From NCBI RefSeq assembly GCF_000025505.1, contig NC_013849.1, positions 1,710,001 through 1,742,000 of the forward strand: a stretch of 32,000 bases of DNA, read 5' to 3'. Of the stretch, positions 25,856-32,000 are shown piece by piece; position 1 is the first letter of the stretch; each line of letters starts with the position of its first letter. A program made the position numbers and the translations under genes. This stretch comes from Ferroglobus placidus DSM 10642 (lineage in GTDB: Archaea; Halobacteriota; Archaeoglobi; Archaeoglobales; Archaeoglobaceae). The notes beneath the pieces were generated by a model. It searched no databases and had not been told where the DNA came from. It saw nothing but the letters and a program-made list of their open reading frames with translations.

Positions 25856-27298
25856 GTGCTCGTCAGGAGAGTTGCGAGAAACGTTATTTACAACAGCTTC
25901 TCGATAATTATCTCCAACGCGGCGGGATTGTTAATCTCGGTTTACCTCGCAAGAACGCTGCAAAAAGAGCTGTTCGGAATTTACTCTTTAACGATTTCGG
26001 TGGCTTTTCTCCTCATGGCGTTCACTGATTTGGGGATAAACGCAACTACGGTGAGGTTCTGCGCTCACGCTTTTTCGAAAGGAGATTACGAGGAGCTGAG
26101 AGGGTACTTCAAATTTTTAACGAAAATTAAAGTCGCTCTCTCGATTTTTTCGTCACTTCTTCTCTTTCTACTCTCCGATTTTCTTTCTCAGAACGTTTTC
26201 CACGAAGAAACCCTTTCTCTACCTCTAAAATTTGCTTCCCTCTTTTTATTGTTTCTACCTCTCGCCGGATACTTAACGAGCGTTTTTAACGCTTTCAACG
26301 ATTTTAAGGCGAATTTCGTAAGAGCAGTTTCTTACGAATTTTCTCGAGTAATAACCATAATTTCCCTCGTTTCTCTCGGCTTTTCCGTAATCGGAGCGGT
26401 GCTTGGATACGTTGTGGCGAGCGTAACGGCGACGACAGTTCTATTCTTCCTTCTGGTTAAAAAGTACGGAAAAATTTTGCTGGGGAAGGGGAAGAAAATA
26501 GAAAAAAGAGGAGTTCTTAAATTTACGAGCTATCTCACGATTGGCTCCATTACTTGGACGATTTTTGCTTACGTCGATTCGGTTATGATCGGAATGTTCA
26601 TGCCGGTTGAGTACGTTGGATATTATAGAATAGCTCTTTTAGTCGTTTCAGCCATCTCCGGAATTCTTTCAGTTCCAGCCGTCATGTTTCCGGTTTTCGT
26701 AGCTCTCGAAGGAGATGATTTGAGGAACGCTTTCAAAAGAGCTTTTAGGTACAGTTCGATGGTAGCAGTTCCAGTAGCTTTTGGCTTGCCGGTAATAGCG
26801 AAACCGGTAATAAGAGTTGCCTTCGGCGCCGAGTATCTGCCGGCTGTAACAGCTTTGTGGATTCTCTCTCTATTAATTTTGAGAGCAGCCCTCGGCTTTT
26901 GGGGGAACATTTTCAACGCCAAAGGTTTGCCAGAATATCCGGTCTACGTTCTTTCTTTAGCTATGGTCATGAACGTTTTGCTTAACTACCTACTCATCCC
27001 GATTTTCGGCATTTCTGGAGCGGCATTAGCAACTGTGGCGTCCAACGCTTTTAACTGGATAGTCCTCGCTTTTCTATCTAAGAAAGTCTTTAACGTGTTT
27101 TTCGACGCTCGGGACTTGATAAAACCGGTAATCTCAAGTCTCGTCATGCTTGCGGTAATTCTGAACGTCAAACCGAAAACGATTCCTGAAGGAATTTTAA
27201 TGATTTTCGTAGGAGCAGTAGTTTATTTCTTCGTTCTCTGGCTTTTGAAGGGGGTAAGAAGAGAAGATGTCGATTACTTGTGGAACGCTTTTAAGTAG
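25856..27298 (+). CDS. polysaccharide/oligosaccharide flippase (Wzx / MOP-superfamily membrane protein)
   Basis: About 480 aa, hydrophobic throughout (more than 10 predicted TM stretches by eye), with a RRVARN...S.....N.....L...L.R N-terminus typical of Wzx-type exporters. The TTG at 25832 lies inside a TTTTATATT TATA-like box (25825-25833), so I prefer the in-frame GTG at 25856, about 26 nt downstream (leaderless). Confidence 0.8.
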   Translation: MLVRRVARNVIYNSFSIIISNAAGLLISVYLARTLQKELFGIYSLTISVAFLLMAFTDLGINATTVRFCAHAFSKGDYEELRGYFKFLTKIKVALSIFSSLLLFLLSDFLSQNVFHEETLSLPLKFASLFLLFLPLAGYLTSVFNAFNDFKANFVRAVSYEFSRVITIISLVSLGFSVIGAVLGYVVASVTATTVLFFLLVKKYGKILLGKGKKIEKRGVLKFTSYLTIGSITWTIFAYVDSVMIGMFMPVEYVGYYRIALLVVSAISGILSVPAVMFPVFVALEGDDLRNAFKRAFRYSSMVAVPVAFGLPVIAKPVIRVAFGAEYLPAVTALWILSLLILRAALGFWGNIFNAKGLPEYPVYVLSLAMVMNVLLNYLLIPIFGISGAALATVASNAFNWIVLAFLSKKVFNVFFDARDLIKPVISSLVMLAVILNVKPKTIPEGILMIFVGAVVYFFVLWLLKGVRREDVDYLWNAFK

Positions 27299-27539
27299 TT
27301 CTTGAAAAAAATTCTCTGACTTTGCCCCCGGCAAGCTGACCGGAAAAATATGCGAAAAAGAAAACGGGAATGTGGTAGATCGAGGATGAGCTGAGAAATC
27401 TCAACGTTGCTACGAAAGGAATAGGAGCGTGTACTGCTAAAAACCACTCCTTAGACATCCTCTTCGTTCCAGCTCTCCAGTAACCGAAGGGGACATTAAG
27501 AAGGAAGGTAAGAATGAGTGCTAAAGTTTCGAATAACAT
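27291..27539 (-). CDS. small hydrophobic membrane protein (82 aa), unknown function
   Basis: It starts 4 nt after the coaD stop, so it looks operonic. It has 2-3 hydrophobic helices. The 3' end overlaps the convergent flippase gene by 8 nt. Confidence 0.5.
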   Translation of the reverse strand: MLFETLALILTFLLNVPFGYWRAGTKRMSKEWFLAVHAPIPFVATLRFLSSSSIYHIPVFFFAYFSGQLAGGKVREFFSRTT

Positions 27540-27543
27540 GTAA

Positions 27544-27990
27544 TTATATAAGTCTGCCGTATCTATCTATTTCACCCCTTTTTATTCTCGTAGCAGAAAT
27601 AGGTTTTCCGTCTTCTGCAAGAACGAAATCAACCTTGACTATTTTTATCTCCTTTTTTCCGAGCTCTCTCCTCTTTTCATTAATTTTTTTAGCCATTTCG
27701 TAAGTTTCGGGACTAACTACCAAGTACTCGAAATCGACTTCGAGGGTTTTTCCGTAAGGGTTCGTGATCTTGACTATCATCGGCTCGAACCCGTACTTCC
27801 TCTTTATGTACTGTCTCACGTTCTCAGCTCTGATCTCGAAAGGGAGGACGCTCCTTATTCTTTGCCTCGCCATCTCGTCGCTGGTAATTCCTATGGTCAT
27901 CTCCTTTCCTCCAAGCTTCACAGCTACGTCGAGAAGCTTCTTGTGACCTTCGTGCAGCGGCTCGAAAGTCCCGCCGACAGCCACTTTCAT
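27544..27990 (-). CDS. coaD: phosphopantetheine adenylyltransferase, archaeal type (cytidylyltransferase family)
   Basis: MKVAVGGTFEPLHEGHKKLL (T/HxGH nucleotidyltransferase motif) and C-terminal ISATRIKRGEID. The start is set at MKVAVGG; the track ORF extends 36 nt upstream. Confidence 0.85.
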   Translation of the reverse strand: MKVAVGGTFEPLHEGHKKLLDVAVKLGGKEMTIGITSDEMARQRIRSVLPFEIRAENVRQYIKRKYGFEPMIVKITNPYGKTLEVDFEYLVVSPETYEMAKKINEKRRELGKKEIKIVKVDFVLAEDGKPISATRIKRGEIDRYGRLI

Positions 27991-28071
27991 CGAGAGTTTT
28001 GAGGGAAAAGCGATTATAAAAATCAATCGGAATAAAGTAAACTATTAAATCTCTTCGAAATACTTAACTCC

Positions 28072-28896
28072 ATGAACATAGTTCCGGGAAACGCGTCTCC
28101 GATCCTTTCTTCGAGAATTGCCGAAAAGACTGGCGGAAAGTTGATAGAAGCTGAATACAAACGTTTTCCAGACGGAGAACTTTACGTTAGGATCAAAGAG
28201 ATTCCCGATGATTGCGTAGTCGTTCAAAGCATAAATTCCAACGACGATCTCGTGTATTTAATTCTCGTTCTCGACGCCTTAGAAAATTCCGACGTAACTC
28301 TCGTCGTTCCCTACATGGGTTACGCAAGGCAAGATAAGAAGTTCCTCGAAGGAGAGGCTGTAAGCATCAGGGCTGTGGCGAAAATTCTCGAGAGCTATGC
28401 TGAAAGAATTTTTACGGTGAACATCCACAGTAAAGATGCTGAAAGCTGGTTCAAAAAGCTTGAAAATCTCGATGCGATGCCTCTTATCGGAGAAAAATAT
28501 AAAGGAAAGGATGTGGTGATGATAGCTCCTGACAAAGGTTCTCTCGAAAGAGTTAAGGTTGCTGCGAAGTACGCTGGATGCGACTACGATTATCTGGAAA
28601 AGAGGAGAGTTGACGCAGAGACGGTGGAAATTTTTCCCAAAAAATTGGAAGTGGAGGGGAGAGACGTTGTGATCGTTGACGACATCATCTCGACCGGCGG
28701 AACGATCGTTGAAGCAGTTAAAAATCTGGAAGCGAAAAGCGTTGAAGTTGCTTGCGTTCACGCTGTTCTTGCTGGAAACGCTTTGAACAGGATATATTCT
28801 GCCGGAGTTAGAAAGGTTGTGGCGACCGATACAGTCGAAAAAGCTGTAAGCGAAATAACCGTCTCATCTCTTATTTCGGAGGTGCTGCAATGCTAA
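28072..28896 (+). CDS. prs: ribose-phosphate pyrophosphokinase
   Basis: 274 aa. FPDGE, YMGYARQDK, PRPP-binding loop VIVDDIISTGGT. Confidence 0.93.
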   Translation: MNIVPGNASPILSSRIAEKTGGKLIEAEYKRFPDGELYVRIKEIPDDCVVVQSINSNDDLVYLILVLDALENSDVTLVVPYMGYARQDKKFLEGEAVSIRAVAKILESYAERIFTVNIHSKDAESWFKKLENLDAMPLIGEKYKGKDVVMIAPDKGSLERVKVAAKYAGCDYDYLEKRRVDAETVEIFPKKLEVEGRDVVIVDDIISTGGTIVEAVKNLEAKSVEVACVHAVLAGNALNRIYSAGVRKVVATDTVEKAVSEITVSSLISEVLQC

Positions 28897-29291
28897 GCTT
28901 TGAAGTGGAAGTGTGGTTCGGGGATGTGGTTTCTTTCGGGCACGTGAACAACGTGGCTATAGCGAGATACCTTGAGACTGCGAGGGTTAAGTACTTCATG
29001 GAGAAACTCGGATACAAAAAGCTCGAACCTATCTTCGTTTTGAGGAGGATCGAGATAGATTACCTCTCACCGCTTTACTTGGGAGAAACAGCGGTTGTCG
29101 AAATATGGGTCGAGAGAGTTGGCAACACGAGTTTCGATTTCGGATACAGAATTTACGAAAAGAAGAGCGGGAGAGAAGTAGTTAAAGCCAAGAGCGTTCA
29201 GGTTTGGTACGATGTGAGGGAGAACAAAAAACTTCCAATTCCCGAAGATGTAAAGGAAATTATGGTTAAAGATGCGAGGAGAGGAGAATGA
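28890..29291 (+). CDS. hotdog-fold acyl-CoA thioesterase (4HBT/YbgC-like)
   Basis: 133 aa. N-terminal [21 protein letters not shown] matches the 4HBT D-x-x-G-H-V-x-N pattern. 7-nt overlap with prs. Confidence 0.75.
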   Translation: MLSFEVEVWFGDVVSFGHVNNVAIARYLETARVKYFMEKLGYKKLEPIFVLRRIEIDYLSPLYLGETAVVEIWVERVGNTSFDFGYRIYEKKSGREVVKAKSVQVWYDVRENKKLPIPEDVKEIMVKDARRGE

Positions 29292-30427
29292 AATACCTAA
29301 TTTTGATCCCCGACGGTTTAGCTGATTGGAGCATCGAGAAACTCGGAGGAAAAACACCTCTCGAATACGCCCAGACGGAAAACATGGACTTCATAGCCAG
29401 AGAGGGAATTTGCGGAATTGCCAAAACGATTCCGGAAGGATTCGAGCCGGGAAGCGACATAGCGAATTTGTCAATTCTCGGAGTCGATCCGAGGAAGTAT
29501 TACACCGGAAGAGGACCGATAGAGGCTTTGGCTAAGGGAATTAAAGGAGACGTCATTTTCAGGTGCAATCTGGTTTACATCGAAAACGGGGTGATGGTGG
29601 ATTACAGCGGAAACAGAATTACGGATAAGGAAGCGAAGGAGGTGATCAGAGAACTAAACGAAAATAAGCCTTTCGACTTCGTCGAATTCCATCACGGCTT
29701 CGCTTTCAGAAACCTTCTCGTCGTTAACGGAATTGAAGGGAACGCTAAAACCTTCCCGCCCCACGACATAATGGGGGAGAAAATCGAGAAGTATCTTCCC
29801 TCTAACGGTGAGCTTGCAGAGCTTTTGAGAAAGCTAATATACTGGAGCATGGAGTTCTTGCCAGACGTAAGCGAGAAGGTCAACGCTGTGTGGCCCTGGA
29901 GCGGGGGAAAACTTCCGAAAATGCCGAGCTTCGAGGAAATGCACAAGCTGAGAGGGTGCATAATTTCCGAAGTAGATTTGCTCTACGGAATTGCCAACGC
30001 GCTGAAAATGGATTCTCTTAAAGTTGAAGGTGTGACAGCTTTCGTCGACACGAACTACAAAGGTTTGGCTAAAGCTGCGATAAAAGCTTTGAGTAAGTAC
30101 GACCTCGTCGTTCTTCACACTGAAGGAATAGATGAAGCTGGACATGAAGGTGACGTGGAGCTGAAGGTTGAGGCTATAGAGCTTTACGACGAGAAAATCG
30201 TCGGATACATAATAGACAGAATAGATCTCGAAGACACTAAGATCATGCTTCTTCCCGACCACCCTACTCCGATAAAGGTGAGAACCCACGTGGCTGAGCC
30301 GGTGCCCGTGGCTATTTACTGCGAAAGAAAGGATGACGTGAAGAGATACAGCGAAAAAGATTGCAGAAGAGGAAAACTTGGACTTGTAAACGCTACGGAG
30401 CTAATAAAAATAATGAAAAGGGTTTAA
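29288..30427 (+). CDS. apgM: 2,3-bisphosphoglycerate-independent phosphoglycerate mutase, archaeal type
   Basis: 379 aa. [35 protein letters not shown]. 4-nt overlap with the thioesterase gene. Confidence 0.9.
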   Translation: MKYLILIPDGLADWSIEKLGGKTPLEYAQTENMDFIAREGICGIAKTIPEGFEPGSDIANLSILGVDPRKYYTGRGPIEALAKGIKGDVIFRCNLVYIENGVMVDYSGNRITDKEAKEVIRELNENKPFDFVEFHHGFAFRNLLVVNGIEGNAKTFPPHDIMGEKIEKYLPSNGELAELLRKLIYWSMEFLPDVSEKVNAVWPWSGGKLPKMPSFEEMHKLRGCIISEVDLLYGIANALKMDSLKVEGVTAFVDTNYKGLAKAAIKALSKYDLVVLHTEGIDEAGHEGDVELKVEAIELYDEKIVGYIIDRIDLEDTKIMLLPDHPTPIKVRTHVAEPVPVAIYCERKDDVKRYSEKDCRRGKLGLVNATELIKIMKRV

Positions 30428-30864
30428 ACTCTTCTCAGCTCCACGAGAGTTAGTTTTTTACCGTTTTTGCAATCGACGTTACCCCCTATAACCTTCTCGA
30501 CGACGAAAGCATCGTTTTCGAACTCTATAGGATTGCAGAGGTTGTAATAAACGCAGCTTACGTCCGAGCAATTTCCTTCTATGGATATCTTCATTCCCTC
30601 CACAGCCATTTTTGGCTCCACCGCTACTATTAGGGGAACTTCGACCACTTCAACCGCCACAACTCCCTCGTCGTGCAACGGGCACGGATGGACATCTCCG
30701 TTCCGTAATCCGACGATCTTGTACTTACCCCCTTTTTTAAGCTTCAAACAAACCTTATTGATCTTGCAATTTTCACACTCCTTTCCACCACCGAGATACG
30801 TGAATTCAACTCCAATTTCAGCCCAATCTTTACCGCATACGGTAATTATTTTTTGAGCGTCCAT
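30424..30864 (-). CDS. UPF0179-family Cys-rich archaeal protein
   Basis: The pattern [15 protein letters not shown]...VCL.L..G.KY.IV.LR....PC.LHDEGV.AVEV matches my recollection of UPF0179. The ATG at 30864 is preceded by AGGTGGTG. The track ORF begins at a GTG at 30873. Confidence 0.75.
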   Translation of the reverse strand: MDAQKIITVCGKDWAEIGVEFTYLGGGKECENCKINKVCLKLKKGGKYKIVGLRNGDVHPCPLHDEGVVAVEVVEVPLIVAVEPKMAVEGMKISIEGNCSDVSCVYYNLCNPIEFENDAFVVEKVIGGNVDCKNGKKLTLVELRRV

Positions 30865-30873
30865 CAGCACCAC

Positions 30874-30909
30874 CTTTGCAGAATTATAGTAAGTTTTTCA
30901 TCTGCAAAG
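30874..30909. promoter_or_regulatory. 9-bp inverted repeat CTTTGCAGA-N18-TCTGCAAAG in a divergent promoter region
   Basis: Read directly from the sequence. The arms are at 30874-30882 and 30901-30909. The spacer contains TATA-like AATTATAG. The left arm abuts the SD of the UPF0179 gene, and the right arm is 20 nt from the regulator ATG. Confidence 0.4.
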
Positions 30910-30928
30910 TATTAAAATTTGTCTGAAG

Positions 30929-31870
30929 ATGAAGGTAGCTGAAAAAATTTTGGATGAGCTTAGGAAAAGTAAGGAGCGTGGTTTGCTTCAGTCGGAACTT
31001 GTTAGAAGGATCGGAGCTTCGAAATCAACGGTCTCGGATGTTCTTTCCGAGCTTGAAGGAAAAGGAATCGTCGTGAGAGAGAAGGAAGCTGGAAAATCGC
31101 TGAGGGTTTGGTTAGCCGAGTTTTATCCAAAACCAATAAAAGGTAAGCTGAAACTTGGAATTTTAAAATCCTCCGAGTACGCGTGCCTCTTAAGCAGATT
31201 TAGAGGAATCGTAAGAGTTTACAACAACGCTATGGACTTAACGAGGGATCTCGTTCTCGGAAGAATAGATCTTGCCGCATCTCCTTTCGTAACGCAGGTT
31301 ATGTTTGGCGTAATGATGAAAAACATCAGAATAGTTAGGGGAGTAGCTTACAACGGCTCGGGAGTCGTTTTTGGAGACGAAAAAAATGGAATCTTTGGCT
31401 CGAGCGAACTTTCGGCTATGGAAATAATGCTCAGACTCGTGAAAGACGAAATAGGTTTGAAAAAATTCCGCTACTTCTCATCTCCGGAAGAAATGATCTC
31501 CTCCCTTAAATATTTAAACGGCATAGGTATTTGGGAGCCCTATTTTTCATCTCTGGACAGAGACAAAGTTTTTTTCAAAGACATAATCGGCGATCATCCT
31601 TGCTGCACTCTTGCGGTGAATGTAGAGAGCTTCGAGGAAAACAAAAGCTTAATTAAGGATTTTCTCGCCGACTACGATAAAGCCAAGCCGAACGCTGAAA
31701 AACTCGCTGAAATCTGCGGATTTAGTAAGGAAGATGTTGAGAAGAGTTTGAAAAGCTACATCTTCGTGAAAGAGGTTAGGGAAGATGAGCTCATCGATTT
31801 TTTGAAGCTCGCCAAGATAGAGATTTCGAGGGAGAGCTTAGAGTCCCTCTTTGAACTTCAAAATGTCTGA
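30929..31870 (+). CDS. putative transcription regulator: N-terminal winged HTH fused to a periplasmic-binding-protein-like (NMT1/SsuA-like?) domain
   Basis: 313 aa. The first ~65 aa (LLQSELVRRIGASKSTVSDVLSELEGKGIVVRE...SLRVWL) form a MarR/ArsR-style wHTH. The remaining ~245 aa alternate beta/alpha in a way that recalls type II binding proteins. The second-domain call is inference only. Confidence 0.6.
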   Translation: MKVAEKILDELRKSKERGLLQSELVRRIGASKSTVSDVLSELEGKGIVVREKEAGKSLRVWLAEFYPKPIKGKLKLGILKSSEYACLLSRFRGIVRVYNNAMDLTRDLVLGRIDLAASPFVTQVMFGVMMKNIRIVRGVAYNGSGVVFGDEKNGIFGSSELSAMEIMLRLVKDEIGLKKFRYFSSPEEMISSLKYLNGIGIWEPYFSSLDRDKVFFKDIIGDHPCCTLAVNVESFEENKSLIKDFLADYDKAKPNAEKLAEICGFSKEDVEKSLKSYIFVKEVREDELIDFLKLAKIEISRESLESLFELQNV

Positions 31871-32000
31871 AAGCTTCAACACGGAAATTGGATTCAGAGA
31901 ACTTTCTTCTCTGTCAACAGCACAGGAGAAAGCCACGACTTCAGCGTTGAATTTTTTCAACCTCTCCTCTATCGATTTGGCTGATGAGCCAGTTGTGATA
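31838..32000 (-). CDS. phosphoribosyltransferase, C-terminal part (orotate PRTase-like); 5' end outside window
   Basis: The minus frame reads ITTGSSAKSIEERLKKFNAEVVAFSCAVDREESSLNPISVLKLSDILKFKEGL then a stop. (D)xITTGxS is the PRPP-binding loop, and the ...AEVV...V.VDREE tail is typical of PyrE-type enzymes. The 3' end overlaps the convergent regulator gene by 33 nt. Confidence 0.5.
   Translation of the reverse strand, partial: ITTGSSAKSIEERLKKFNAEVVAFSCAVDREESSLNPISVLKLSDILKFKEGL

Overview
This window looks like a euryarchaeal chromosome segment, probably from an Archaeoglobus-like organism. That call rests on an ornithine-cyclodeaminase-type alanine dehydrogenase and an LDH-like malate dehydrogenase that closely match my memory of the A. 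fulgidus proteins, plus class I LysRS, aRF1, L40e, archaeal-type PPAT and ApgM. All family calls come from motif recognition and recall; I ran no searches. Most of the window is tightly packed housekeeping. It contains pcm, ala and a Dph6-like ATPase, then an O2-detoxification cluster (superoxide reductase, rubredoxin, flavodiiron protein) translationally coupled to a DRTGG protein. A 6.4-kb minus-strand string follows: lysS, a radical SAM gene, a wHTH gene, uppS, prf1 and argS. The rest holds manC, a complete seven-gene trp operon (trpCDEGFBA), tRNA-Val(GAC), mdh, pdxST, a Wzx-like flippase, coaD, prs, a thioesterase, apgM, a UPF0179 protein, and a wHTH regulator that appears fused to a binding-protein-like domain. 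The one clearly accessory locus is 11.9-15.0 kb. It holds an intact vapB antitoxin followed by a 25-codon stub of its PIN toxin. Next to it is a ~2.65-kb segment bounded by 13-nt inverted ends (12/13 identical) and flanked by the same 9-mer on both sides. Inside that segment are frame-broken gene debris, an intact, strongly AT-rich, transmembrane-less PAS-PAS-HAMP chemoreceptor gene, and a nested 143-bp MITE-like palindromic unit. I read this as a transposon-like cargo element with no intact transposase. It is the best candidate here for something undescribed. I saw no CRISPR array, rRNA, intein or intron.
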